Below are positions 45,718 to 55,539 of a DNA stretch of 62,089 bases, one piece after another. Numbering within the stretch: the first letter of the stretch is position 1; every line of letters starts with the position of its first letter. The translations under genes were made by a program, and so were the position numbers. The stretch spans positions 1 to 62,089 of the forward strand of contig CAYQOL010000001.1 of assembly GCA_964419165.1 (NCBI GenBank), read 5' to 3'. The notes under the pieces are model-generated. The model did no database searches, was not told where the DNA came from, and saw nothing but the letters and a program-made list of their open reading frames with translations. The stretch is from an uncultured Candidatus Saccharimonas sp. (GTDB lineage Bacteria; Patescibacteriota; Saccharimonadia; Saccharimonadales; Saccharimonadaceae).

Positions 45718-46605
45718 ATGTCAAAATCTTATGCAAGAACAAAAAAGAAATTTTATTCAACCGCCATCGGTTCATTCATAGGAATCATGGCAGCCATTCC
45801 GGTAGCGATGGGATTATATAATCCTGGCGCACTAGTAGGCGCGACCCAAGATCAAAAGGCAACATCAACAGCGGAAGTATCCGGCGTACCGGCGGACTTT
45901 ATGCAATACGCATACGCCTATAGTCAAGGCTACGCAGCAAAAGCCTCGAGTTCTGCGACTAACAGCAGCGCAACGGCTGGGTCAGCTTGTGCAGAATCAA
46001 CAATCTCGACCGGCGAAGGACAAGTACTTGGTGATAGCACGTCTAAACCTACGCCCGTAAAACAACAAGCGGACTTCGGAGAAGTCATCCATTCATACAA
46101 CGAGTTCAAATCATTCGTTTATAATAGTTCGACTTCAACAATTAATAATACCAATAGCAACAACACCGTAGGTTCAAACAATACTACCAAGACCGATATA
46201 GAAATAGAAGATTCTAAAGGTGTATTACTAGGGGTCACGAATACAACGACGGGGACTAACATTTCCAGTGACGACAGCTTTAATAAGGATTCATATAATA
46301 CCGAAACCGAGAACGTAGCAATCAACGAATCATTTAATATAGATAAAACATTAGCTATCAATGGTAGTGGCGAACAACAGTTGGGTGATAACACTACATC
46401 CACTGCGGTAGCCGTCGATGTCGATAAAACTATATCCGTCGAAAAAACCGTGGATATCGACGCAAGCAAGACGATAGACATAGACGACAGCGAGACCACG
46501 AACAATAACTCTTACAACGAAGCGGACGACGTTACTGTTACAAAGGGAGGTGAAATTGAAGGCGGTGATATCGAAACCGATTCAGGTAGCCCCTGCAATA
46601 GATAA
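45718..46605 (+). CDS. membrane-anchored S/T/N/D-rich low-complexity protein
   Basis: SD GGAG before ATG 45718. One N-terminal TM, then a compositionally biased ectodomain. Confidence 0.5.
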   Translation: MSKSYARTKKKFYSTAIGSFIGIMAAIPVAMGLYNPGALVGATQDQKATSTAEVSGVPADFMQYAYAYSQGYAAKASSSATNSSATAGSACAESTISTGEGQVLGDSTSKPTPVKQQADFGEVIHSYNEFKSFVYNSSTSTINNTNSNNTVGSNNTTKTDIEIEDSKGVLLGVTNTTTGTNISSDDSFNKDSYNTETENVAINESFNIDKTLAINGSGEQQLGDNTTSTAVAVDVDKTISVEKTVDIDASKTIDIDDSETTNNNSYNEADDVTVTKGGEIEGGDIETDSGSPCNR

Positions 46606-46639
46606 TCTATTAACATCAGCTTAATCTAAGCGCTAACGT

Positions 46640-46666
46640 AAAGACCCCGGGACCAGCGGGGTCTTT
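46640..46666. terminator. bidirectional hairpin terminator
   Basis: AAAGACCCCG-N7-CGGGGTCTTT between convergent genes. Confidence 0.7.
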
Positions 46667-46678
46667 AAATTTAATAAT

Positions 46679-47233
46679 TTATTTTCTCAGTGTGATTATT
46701 TCGTTACCCTTGATTTCGATAAGCGACGATGGTTTCCGATCCGACAAATCACCGCCGTCAATGTAAAAGTCAATCTTTTTACCAAAATATTTTTTAGCTT
46801 CACAGATATTATTTGCGACTGGTTCGCCGGGTAGATTGGCACTGGAAGTAAGCAGGGGGCCGGTTTCAAGCAACAGTTTGTAAACATCCGAATCGGAAAC
46901 TAGTCGGCACGCTAAGCCGCCTACACCTTGATGCAGGTATCGCAGCAACGGTCCGGTGGGCATAATTATACTAATCGGACCGGGCCAGAACCTAGCAGCT
47001 AAATCCAAATACTGACGTTCGATTCCTAATTCGGCCAACTGATTAATATTAGCAGCAATAATCGTGCCTGGTTTTCTCTCCCGGCTTTTCAGTTCATATA
47101 ATCTTTTGACGGACTGCCTGTTCTTTGCCTGCGTCACGATTCCATACACCGTATCTGTCGGCATCACACCGACTCCACCAGACTTAATTAGCTGCATTTG
47201 TTTAACGGTTATCTTCAACGGTTTAGTAATCAT
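46679..47233 (-). CDS. tsaC: L-threonylcarbamoyladenylate synthase (TsaC/YrdC)
   Basis: GGVGVMPTDTVYGI, KPGT, WPGP and SSAN motifs. Confidence 0.85.
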   Translation of the reverse strand: MITKPLKITVKQMQLIKSGGVGVMPTDTVYGIVTQAKNRQSVKRLYELKSRERKPGTIIAANINQLAELGIERQYLDLAARFWPGPISIIMPTGPLLRYLHQGVGGLACRLVSDSDVYKLLLETGPLLTSSANLPGEPVANNICEAKKYFGKKIDFYIDGGDLSDRKPSSLIEIKGNEIITLRK

Positions 47234-47248
47234 ATCTGATATTGTACA

Positions 47249-48538
47249 TCAGCCAAACATCAACAGTTCAGGCTTGAAAACTAACATTAATCCGATAATC
47301 AACATCAGTAAACCTCCAATAATACTTGAGTATCGTGAGTATTTGGTCGAGATACCGGTCATACGAAGAGTAATCATCGCGACGGCGAAAACGATTATAT
47401 CATCTAGCATAAAAAAGAAAATGTAAAGCAAGATATAACCGTGGTATTGCCATACTTCCAAATTACTCATAGTCAAAACCTGAGTAAAGACCGCTGGTAA
47501 GCCGGCAGAGCAAACTAATTCAACCAAATTGACGGCAAACGCCAACAGTATCATACCTCCGATTGCTATAAACAGATTGTTCTTGCTGGCTATTTGACGT
47601 AATTTTTCAAATACGATTCGGCGTTCTTTCGCGCTTGTAACTTCGCAACCGCCGTCTTTGTTTTTCAGTCCTTTTCTGACACTATATGCGCCGCCAGCTA
47701 GTGCCACAATACCGATAATCACGCGCACCACAGCTATGAAGCCTATAAATAATATAAGGTTCAGCCAAGCGGCCATAAACAAGAAATAGCATAGAGCTGA
47801 AGCAAATATGAACACTAGACCCAAAATCCACATTTTTTTGCGATCTTTAAAACCTAGCAGCAGACTTATCAAGAATAATAACACCCACATAGCACAGGGG
47901 TTAAAACCATCCAAAACCCCCATAATAATCGTTATTACAGGCAATGAAAAATCCAAAGCATCGATACTACCCAGAAACGGCAAGTTTACAGTTTTTCTCT
48001 CTTTATTTTCGTCATTTTGCTCATTATCATACTTGTTATCTTCGTCTTTAATAGTATGTTCATCATAAATCTGATCTTGTTCTGTATCAATACCGACAGC
48101 ACTCGAAGCGCTTATTATAGAAGCTACTGAGTCCGGACAGCTCCCTGAAAGACACTCTTCGATTTTATCTTCGATTTCCAAATCCGTTATGCCTTCGGAA
48201 AATCCAACAAACTCCTTGTCGCCGATGATCAAATAGGGGATGCCGTTTATATTCGAGCCAAGCATACTTGACACTTTTCGCATCAGCTCGGAGTTGGCCT
48301 GATTGTAATATACCTCGTAATCGTTGTAATTAACTTGAGGATATTTTGGTAAGATTTCGTTTAGAAATTCTTTTTCTTTGGCACAATGAGGACAACCATT
48401 GCCCCAAAATAAATAGATATTAAGTTTTGTATCAGCCTTCGCAACATTAACTAGCGATACACCAATAAAGACTATGCAAAACAGTAATGAAATAAAAAAC
48501 TTCAATCTATTTATTTTTGTTTTCATTGATAATTTCAA
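47249..48538 (-). CDS. thiol:disulfide oxidoreductase fusion: extracytoplasmic thioredoxin-fold (CPHC) domain plus CcdA/DsbD-like membrane domain (tentative)
   Basis: Signal/TM, WGNGCPHCAKEK redox motif, acidic linker, then a polytopic domain with membrane-embedded Cys in FNPCAMW and VCSAGLP. Confidence 0.6.
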   Translation of the reverse strand: MKLSMKTKINRLKFFISLLFCIVFIGVSLVNVAKADTKLNIYLFWGNGCPHCAKEKEFLNEILPKYPQVNYNDYEVYYNQANSELMRKVSSMLGSNINGIPYLIIGDKEFVGFSEGITDLEIEDKIEECLSGSCPDSVASIISASSAVGIDTEQDQIYDEHTIKDEDNKYDNEQNDENKERKTVNLPFLGSIDALDFSLPVITIIMGVLDGFNPCAMWVLLFLISLLLGFKDRKKMWILGLVFIFASALCYFLFMAAWLNLILFIGFIAVVRVIIGIVALAGGAYSVRKGLKNKDGGCEVTSAKERRIVFEKLRQIASKNNLFIAIGGMILLAFAVNLVELVCSAGLPAVFTQVLTMSNLEVWQYHGYILLYIFFFMLDDIIVFAVAMITLRMTGISTKYSRYSSIIGGLLMLIIGLMLVFKPELLMFG

Positions 48539-48779
48539 TCAGTTTTTCCTTTTTAATTTCACCGTCAAGCCTTAATAGCTCCTTGCCATCTTTGTCCAAA
48601 AACACGAAAGTTGGCAGTATTTCAACTTTGTATTTATCAACCATTTCTTTTGACGAATCAAAATCAAAATATTCGGTTTCAAGCCAAGGATTCTCTTTTT
48701 CGATTTCCGCCCATCTTGGCTTCATAACCAAACAGCCCGAACACCATACCGCACCGAATTTCAATACTTTCATTCGCAC
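48507..48779 (-). CDS. small thioredoxin-family protein
   Basis: 90 aa with GAVWCSGC (WCxxC) and the usual downstream P-T-F pattern. Confidence 0.75.
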   Translation of the reverse strand: MRMKVLKFGAVWCSGCLVMKPRWAEIEKENPWLETEYFDFDSSKEMVDKYKVEILPTFVFLDKDGKELLRLDGEIKKEKLIEIINENKNK

Positions 48780-49060
48780 TCCTTTGCGCTATTAATCATA
48801 ATTGCTTTGCCATTTATTATAGCATCACTTATTTTGCCATAAGCACTGGTCAGAATCCTTTGAAAAGTACTTTGACTAGTACTCATTCTAGCTGCGCATT
48901 CTGTTTGATCAAGTTTTTCAACATTTTTTAATCTGATAGCTTCAGCTTCTTCTAGCGACAAAGTTACAACTTCAAGTAATCTCATCGGAACACCGCGAGG
49001 TTTAAAAAAAGTAACATCAGGTTCAAAACATATATTTCTACTGAGCCGTGGTCTAGGCAT
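48770..49060 (-). CDS. DUF134 (UPF0251) predicted DNA-binding protein
   Basis: MPRPRLSR.I...P....FKP.G.P plus an HTH-like L..EE.EA.RL......Q.E.A..M..SQST..R.L. Confidence 0.8.
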   Translation of the reverse strand: MPRPRLSRNICFEPDVTFFKPRGVPMRLLEVVTLSLEEAEAIRLKNVEKLDQTECAARMSTSQSTFQRILTSAYGKISDAIINGKAIMINSAKECE

Positions 49061-49152
49061 AATTGAATAATCTCTTTATTTATATATAATAATTTCAGTA
49101 AAAGAAGGCAACCCAGCTCGCCAAATAGGCGAGCCAGGCTCCGGGTCTTCTT

Positions 49153-49419
49153 TTATTTATTTTCTTCGATTTGTTTTTTTAGCTCGCTTATTTCTTCGCG
49201 CAGCATCGCTAATTCTTGTTGCAAATCAGTTTCTTCTTGTTCAAGATCAACTAGGTAATTCTTTGGTGATGCCCAAAAACGCCTACGGCCTACACCATAA
49301 CCGTAACCCATACCCATAGGCGAGCAACATCCACCCGTTCCCATACCTGTACAAAAGCCCCGACCTCTACCCGTCATCGATCCTTGGCCAGTTGGGCCAG
49401 TTTTATCTAATCTTGGCAT
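49153..49419 (-). CDS. DUF5320-type small protein
   Basis: MPR.D.TGP.GQG.MTGRG.G.C start and a C-terminal coiled coil (L..E...L...L..L..EI..L). Confidence 0.7.
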   Translation of the reverse strand: MPRLDKTGPTGQGSMTGRGRGFCTGMGTGGCCSPMGMGYGYGVGRRRFWASPKNYLVDLEQEETDLQQELAMLREEISELKKQIEENK

Positions 49420-49521
49420 AATATCCTCCTATATTAATTTTCAAAAGATAGCTCGACCACACCATCTATTATGATTATATACCCATTATTATTAATAATC
49501 AAGAATAGTCTCGACGAACAA

Positions 49522-49555
49522 AAAACAACCCGGAGATAATTTTCCGGGTTGTTTT
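49522..49555 (-). terminator. hairpin terminator after the pilin-like operon
   Basis: AAAACAACCCGG-N10-CCGGGTTGTTTT. The minus-strand RNA is followed by UUUUUUG. Confidence 0.65.
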
Positions 49556-49567
49556 ATTTGGTTTATA

Positions 49568-49867
49568 TCAAAACTTATCCATTTCGGTCTGTAAATCGGA
49601 TAGCGTATCTTCATCCGAATCCATATCGACCGAGTCCATCGTTTCGATTGCCTCATCTAGATCTGATGATTTTTCTATCTCAGGAGCGTCAGGCAGGTCC
49701 TCGGCGCTTGCACTACTATCAGAAGCATCAGATTTGTTCGTACTATTGTTCGTAATCGATGTTTCGCCGTAAAACTTGTTATAAACGACGTAACCTACAG
49801 CTCCTATGACCGCGACGACAACGATAACGATTATTATTTCTACTGCTGAAAAACCGTTCTTTTTCAT
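49568..49867 (-). CDS. prepilin-type N-terminal domain protein (type IV pilin-like) with acidic tail
   Basis: MKKNGFSAVEIIIVIVVVAVIG is a G/FxxxE prepilin cleavage-methylation motif plus hydrophobic helix. Confidence 0.65.
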   Translation of the reverse strand: MKKNGFSAVEIIIVIVVVAVIGAVGYVVYNKFYGETSITNNSTNKSDASDSSASAEDLPDAPEIEKSSDLDEAIETMDSVDMDSDEDTLSDLQTEMDKF

Positions 49868-50442
49868 TATTCTTGTCCTTCCTCACTACTGGATTGAGCA
49901 GCCAGCTGAACAGCTGAAATCAAATCTTTGACTGCCGTACGATAATCTTTCAAGGCCTGTACTTGAGTCTTTACCTGAACTTTATACTGATTCACAGTAC
50001 CCTTGGGATCGTCCGTGTCACAACCAAACTGACTGGATGTACTTACAGCGGCTTGGATAGCCAACTGAGCAGCCTCTTTGGTACTATTAATCTCCTGAAC
50101 TAATTGATCATAATTTTCCACGTTCAATTTATTGTCGGAATAAAACTTTTGAACCTTCTGTGCGATATTGTCAAACAAATTCAGACGTCCTTCACCCAAG
50201 CTGTTCATATTTGTGAACATATTGCGTATGCGGTTCGAGTTACGTTCGCATATCTGTTTTTTCTTGTCATCAAGTTTACCACTACTATTTGATTGTGAAC
50301 TATCAGACTGATTTGAATTATCAGACTGGTTATCCGTTCCTCCAGCGTTATCACTGATTGCAAATGCAGGCATAGTAATAGCCACGGACATAAACCCTGC
50401 AAGCAAAAGAACCTTTAATGTTTGTGTGTGTTTCTTGCTCAT
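49867..50442 (-). CDS. secreted hypothetical protein (191 aa)
   Basis: Signal peptide ending AFA, an S/N/Q/D-rich spacer, then a helical domain. 1-nt overlap with the pilin-like gene. Confidence 0.5.
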   Translation of the reverse strand: MSKKHTQTLKVLLLAGFMSVAITMPAFAISDNAGGTDNQSDNSNQSDSSQSNSSGKLDDKKKQICERNSNRIRNMFTNMNSLGEGRLNLFDNIAQKVQKFYSDNKLNVENYDQLVQEINSTKEAAQLAIQAAVSTSSQFGCDTDDPKGTVNQYKVQVKTQVQALKDYRTAVKDLISAVQLAAQSSSEEGQE

Positions 50443-50638
50443 ATTTAATAATTCCTTCCTTCGACTAGCATAAGCGATATCTCAGAATGGGTCAACCTAT
50501 AGATAGCGGTTCTGAAAAATACCCTCAGAGCACAAATTTACCTTTTTTGAAATAATACCGCCTCTTTAACAGTATTAAATATAAGGATGTAGAATATATA
50601 AAATAATCTACAGATTGATGAGATAATGGATGTAGACA

Positions 50639-51199
50639 ATGACAAATAAACTGCTGACCGACGAAGATATCGTTGCCAAGATAACAGGCGGGGATATCGA
50701 TGCATACGGAGAGCTGATGTCACGATACGAGCAAAAGCTGCTCAGATACGTAATTTATCTGACGCGTGAGCAAATACCTGCCGATGACGTAGTTCAAGAC
50801 ACTTTCATCAAGGCTTATCAAAACCTACGAGGTTTCAACCCGAAATATAAATTTTCGTCATGGATATATCGTATTGCTCATAATGAGGCTATGAACGCTA
50901 TTAAAAAAGAGCGCCACATAAACCGCAATATAGACATCGACGAGATTGGCGAAACAAGCCACGAGTCGGATATTATCAATGAAATTGACAAAAAAATTCT
51001 TAATACGAATCTGATGGTATGCCTGGACGGTCTGGATAATAAATATCGAGAAATCCTAATGCTCCAATATTTTGAGAATATGAAATATTACGAAATCTCC
51101 GACATACTCAAGATACCTATCGCAACCGTAGGTGTCAGATCCGCCCGAGCCAAATCAAAACTTAAAAAAATCTGCGAAGAGAAAGGGATCAAGCTATGA
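50639..51199 (+). CDS. ECF-subfamily sigma-70 factor
   Basis: Region 2 (Y..L.RY...L......A.DVVQDTFIKAY; W.YRIA.N) and region 4 (YRE.L.L.Y.E...Y.EI...L..P..TV..R..RA...L). Confidence 0.9.
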   Translation: MTNKLLTDEDIVAKITGGDIDAYGELMSRYEQKLLRYVIYLTREQIPADDVVQDTFIKAYQNLRGFNPKYKFSSWIYRIAHNEAMNAIKKERHINRNIDIDEIGETSHESDIINEIDKKILNTNLMVCLDGLDNKYREILMLQYFENMKYYEISDILKIPIATVGVRSARAKSKLKKICEEKGIKL

Positions 51200-51669
51200 G
51201 CCAAGAGAAATCAACCATCTCGAATGACGTTATGAAGCGAATTAAAAAAGGCGAAGTGCGTATGCGCCCCGCTACATATTTCAGCTTGCTTTCAATATCA
51301 GCAATAATTGCAGGTCTGTCCGCCGGAATCGCAATGGCATATTTCTCCAGTATAATGTTTTTCTGGATAAGAACTGTCGGACTAAATTCAAAGGCTTATG
51401 GGTTACGTCGCAATCTAGCCGAAACAATTGCTTCCTTTCCGTGGTGGACGGTTGCAATATTTTCAGTTTTGACAATACTAACAGTTTCTCTTATTCGTCG
51501 ATATGGCCATCTATACAAACATAAAACGCGAAATGTCGTAATCTTAATCGTTTCTTTATCATTAATAGCAGGCATTACGATGTCAAGTTTTGGAATAGGG
51601 GATATAAATCGTTCCAGACAAAACGGCCAAGATATACGACAAAACAGCCACCGATGGCAAGATAAATGA
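51196..51669 (+). CDS. putative anti-sigma factor / membrane protein (4 TM)
   Basis: ATGA overlap with the ECF sigma gene. Assigned by position and topology only. Confidence 0.45.
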   Translation: MSQEKSTISNDVMKRIKKGEVRMRPATYFSLLSISAIIAGLSAGIAMAYFSSIMFFWIRTVGLNSKAYGLRRNLAETIASFPWWTVAIFSVLTILTVSLIRRYGHLYKHKTRNVVILIVSLSLIAGITMSSFGIGDINRSRQNGQDIRQNSHRWQDK

Positions 51670-51737
51670 AATAAATATCAAGGTTGAATTGTAATACATA
51701 TGCAAACCAAAGTAAAAATCATAAAGGAGATTTGCAT

Positions 51738-52154
51738 ATGAACAAGAGAGCAATATTAGTCACAACTTTAGGGCTGGCAACAGTAGGAACACTTGCCCTT
51801 ACCCCCCTGATAGCCAACGCACAAACGACACAAAAACGTTACGGCGACAACGGCAAAAACTATGGAAACGGTCTGGAGATCAAAGCCCAAGCTATGGAAA
51901 TGTCTACAGAACAGCTCAAAGAGCAGCTTCAAACCAAAACTATGTCACAGGTTATATCAGATAAAGGTATGACAACCGAACAGTTCCAAGAACAGATCAG
52001 AGAATCAGCAAAGGAACGATGGCAAGAAATGGGTCTGAGCGACGAGGAAATCCAAGAAAGAACCGAGCAACAGCAAGAACGACAGGCTAATTGCGATGGA
52101 AGCGGTCTTAATCAAAACCAATACGGCAATCGAAATAGAAGTAACAGCCAATAA
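51738..52154 (+). CDS. secreted Q/E-rich helical protein
   Basis: SD AAAGGAG before ATG 51738. Signal peptide ending ANA-Q. Confidence 0.5.
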   Translation: MNKRAILVTTLGLATVGTLALTPLIANAQTTQKRYGDNGKNYGNGLEIKAQAMEMSTEQLKEQLQTKTMSQVISDKGMTTEQFQEQIRESAKERWQEMGLSDEEIQERTEQQQERQANCDGSGLNQNQYGNRNRSNSQ

Positions 52155-52174
52155 TAGAATAGCGACTGGGACCA

Positions 52175-52203
52175 ATTGAGGCGGGAAATATACCCGCCTC
52201 AAT
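52175..52203. terminator. bidirectional hairpin terminator
   Basis: ATTGAGGCGGG-N7-CCCGCCTCAAT between convergent genes. Confidence 0.7.
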
Positions 52204-52226
52204 ATTAATAAATGCGAAAATAAGTA

Positions 52227-52850
52227 TTACAAATTAAAAATAGAAACCGCCGCGTTGCATAGATTCACAACGCCGTACAGGATGATAATCAAGCCCATAA
52301 CCTTGGAGGCAATATGCAATATATTAGTAGGTAATTTTTTGCCGAAGACAAATGAAGCCCTGCCTAAAAAGGAATAAAAAATGACCGACCCTATAGCAAA
52401 GCACGCAGCACACAAATTCAATTCGGCGCCATTACTACCGACGTCTTTGAGCGAACCGATGAAACTTATCCAAATCGCCCAACGCGAAGGGCTCGTCATG
52501 GTTATCAAAAAACCCGACACGAACGCGGCCGGCATTTTCATTCTTTTCGATTTCTTGATATGACGCAAAAAGCCTTCTTTGATGTCGCATTTAACAGCCA
52601 GATAACCGATATATATCAACAGTATCCCGTTTACCGTCAGGAATAGATTGTTGATGAATTGGTTGCCATCAATCAGATTGAAAGCTAGTATCGCAACACA
52701 AGCAATAATGATCATACTGACATACGTACCAACCAGAAACGTCGGTAATTTTCTATCCCTGATAATGCCTCTCCTAATAACTTCAAACAACACGACACCG
52801 GGGGTCGCGCTCAATATGATGCCCAGAAACAGATACTGGATAAAATGCAT
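52227..52850 (-). CDS. LysE/RhtB-family amino-acid exporter
   Basis: 207 aa, 6 TM, with the N-terminal motif F..G......PG.V. Confidence 0.75.
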   Translation of the reverse strand: MHFIQYLFLGIILSATPGVVLFEVIRRGIIRDRKLPTFLVGTYVSMIIIACVAILAFNLIDGNQFINNLFLTVNGILLIYIGYLAVKCDIKEGFLRHIKKSKRMKMPAAFVSGFLITMTSPSRWAIWISFIGSLKDVGSNGAELNLCAACFAIGSVIFYSFLGRASFVFGKKLPTNILHIASKVMGLIIILYGVVNLCNAAVSIFNL

Positions 52851-52963
52851 AATCGTCCAATCATTATATCAGCTTAAGCGGAAACAAACAGCTTGCACAC
52901 AACCAATCAAAGTAGTATTTTTTATTGGTTATGTACGTTGACGCGATAAATGGTGATCATTTA

Positions 52964-55504
52964 TCACCTTAGAGGTCTACTACCCTTACTAAAGAAATAT
53001 CTTCCGATTAGTTTATGACTCTCGATTATAATTATCGGTATGACGAAGGCGATAATTCCGGAATAAACGATGTCCCATAATTTTATATCGGGGGATATGT
53101 GCATAAATTCCCCGAAGATACTCATAGCCAATACCTGCAAGATTATTGCCACGACAAGGCCAAATATAAATGGACCGTTAAAGCGCCAGAAACGGCGCAT
53201 TAACGGTTCGTAATCGCTACGTGCACATAATGCACTAGCCCACTGCATTACCACCAAAGAACTAAAAGCAATGCTTCTGGCGTATTCGGTACCATAGAGA
53301 TTATAAAAGTAGATATACAGAGACAGTGTTACGACAGCCATAGTCAGTGATATGATCGCGATACGACTTATTATGAATTTACTAAAAAGCGGGGCATCAG
53401 GCGCTTGTGGCGCTTTTTTCATATTACGCCATTCGCCGGGTTCAAGCCCTAACGGTATAGCTAAACAAGTATCCGTTACCAGATTTACCCATAATATTTG
53501 TATTGGCACCAAAGGAACCGGTACGCCGATAATTAATGCGCCTAATGAAACCATAACTTCGCCCAGATTGGTAGATAGCAAATACATCAACATTCGTTTG
53601 ATGTTCGCGTAGATAGTCCTGCCTTCGTGGATAGCGTCCACAATCCGCTTGAAATTATCATCAATCAAGATAATATCACCTGCCTCTTTTGCTATCTGTG
53701 AACCGCTTCCCATAGCTACTCCAATATGAGCATTGGTCAAAGCCGGGACGTCATTTACTCCGTCACCAGTCATAGCGGTAACGTGATTCTTTTTTAACAA
53801 ACTAAGTATGCGATGTTTTTGCTCGGGTACGACTCTTGAAAATACTCTTATTTTATCTATATTCTCTTCCAAATCTTCGTCACTCATCAAACCCAATTTT
53901 CTGCAATCAAAAACTTGGTTCCGTTCTTCAACCATCCCAAGCTCACGACCTATATGAAAGGCGGTTTCGAAATGATCTCCAGTCACCATACGAACCACGA
54001 CACCAGCTTCGGTCGCCCTGTGTATCGCAGCTTTAGCTTCGGGACGCAATACGTCAGCAACACCTATGAAACCGTCAAAAATGAATTTCGCAGATTTAGA
54101 AATACTGTCAAATGATATTATTTTTTTATCTAACTGATAATGTGCCAAAGCTATTACTCTTAGCCCATTACTAGCCATAGTATGCAAGGCTGATTCGGCC
54201 TCTTTATGTTCTTTGTGCGGCATACCGCATTTAGACAGAATATGCTCCGGAGCCCCTTTGACATACATTACATAATCATCTTTAAGCTTCCAAACGTTTC
54301 CGCTCATTGAAACAGCCTGATCAAAGCGCAATACGACTTCCGGTAATCTTTTTTTAGAATCAATTTTTTCTTTAATGGTATATTCGTGCATAGCAATATC
54401 AAGCGGATCGTGTATTTTTTCACCGGAATCGTTGATTGAGAACAATAAAGTAGTTTCAAATTCATTCTTTTTTCCAGAGGGGTAAAATGTTTCCAATACG
54501 GTAAGTTTGTTTTTTGTCAAAGTTCCTGTTTTATCGGTTGCTATCGTCGTCAAAGAACCGATGGTTTCAATAGCTCCCATTGAACGTACCAAAGCCTTGC
54601 GGGCAGCCATACGACGCATTCCAAGTGCCAATACCACCGTTATAGCCACAGGTAGACCTTCGGGGACCGCGCTTACAATAAGTGCCATAACAAAACGCAA
54701 ACTTTCCATATAGTCCATTCCTCGCCATATCGACATCATAAACGTTACTACCGAAATCGCTGCTATGACAATAATTATCTGAGATACTAATTTATCAATC
54801 TTTTTTTGGACGGGACTGATATCGATGCCTTTATTTTCGCTGCTCAAGGCGGCTATTCGTCCGAATTCGGTACTATCGCCGGTAGCTACTATTACTGCTT
54901 TTGCCTCTCCGCCAACCACGAAAGAACCACTATAGACCATATTGCTGCGTTCATATATCTCACTTTCCAATTTGACGCATTCGATTTGTTTTTCGATAGG
55001 TAATGATTCGCCAGTCAATTGTGATTCATCCACCCTTAATGAGTTTACTTGAACCAACCTTGCATCAGCAGGTATTTTATCGCCTTCATTAAGAATAATA
55101 ATGTCACCCGGAACCAAATTCTCCATTTGGATTGAATTGGTTTTATTTTCACGTATGACAGTTACTTTGTATGGATCTTTCTTTTGTAAAGCTCTTAGAA
55201 TTCTTTCCGTAGAAAATCTTTGGATGTAATAAATTACCGCACTAACCAACATAATCGTAATAATAATGACTGCGTCTATATAAGCGTCTTGCCACAAGCT
55301 AATCAACGCCGCAACAAACAAGACAGCCATAAAAACGTCCACGAAGGGCTCAATAATTTTTTTCCAAAGAGGCTCGGTCTTGACGGTTATGGCATTTCGA
55401 CCATATTCTTCTAGACGTTCTTTCGCCTCTATATCAGACAGTCCTGTGTCATTGACATCCAATTCAGCCAACGTTTCATTAATCGTTTTTGTGTAATAAG
55501 GCAT
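52964..55504 (-). CDS. P-type ATPase, P2-type (Ca2+/Mg2+-like) cation pump (846 aa)
   Basis: LTGES, PEGLP, DKTGTLT, TGDH and TGDGVNDVPAL motifs, with 10-TM architecture. Confidence 0.9.
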   Translation of the reverse strand: MPYYTKTINETLAELDVNDTGLSDIEAKERLEEYGRNAITVKTEPLWKKIIEPFVDVFMAVLFVAALISLWQDAYIDAVIIITIMLVSAVIYYIQRFSTERILRALQKKDPYKVTVIRENKTNSIQMENLVPGDIIILNEGDKIPADARLVQVNSLRVDESQLTGESLPIEKQIECVKLESEIYERSNMVYSGSFVVGGEAKAVIVATGDSTEFGRIAALSSENKGIDISPVQKKIDKLVSQIIIVIAAISVVTFMMSIWRGMDYMESLRFVMALIVSAVPEGLPVAITVVLALGMRRMAARKALVRSMGAIETIGSLTTIATDKTGTLTKNKLTVLETFYPSGKKNEFETTLLFSINDSGEKIHDPLDIAMHEYTIKEKIDSKKRLPEVVLRFDQAVSMSGNVWKLKDDYVMYVKGAPEHILSKCGMPHKEHKEAESALHTMASNGLRVIALAHYQLDKKIISFDSISKSAKFIFDGFIGVADVLRPEAKAAIHRATEAGVVVRMVTGDHFETAFHIGRELGMVEERNQVFDCRKLGLMSDEDLEENIDKIRVFSRVVPEQKHRILSLLKKNHVTAMTGDGVNDVPALTNAHIGVAMGSGSQIAKEAGDIILIDDNFKRIVDAIHEGRTIYANIKRMLMYLLSTNLGEVMVSLGALIIGVPVPLVPIQILWVNLVTDTCLAIPLGLEPGEWRNMKKAPQAPDAPLFSKFIISRIAIISLTMAVVTLSLYIYFYNLYGTEYARSIAFSSLVVMQWASALCARSDYEPLMRRFWRFNGPFIFGLVVAIILQVLAMSIFGEFMHISPDIKLWDIVYSGIIAFVIPIIIIESHKLIGRYFFSKGSRPLR

Positions 55505-55539
55505 TGTAAATATTTTATCACGATAATTATGCTTACTAT

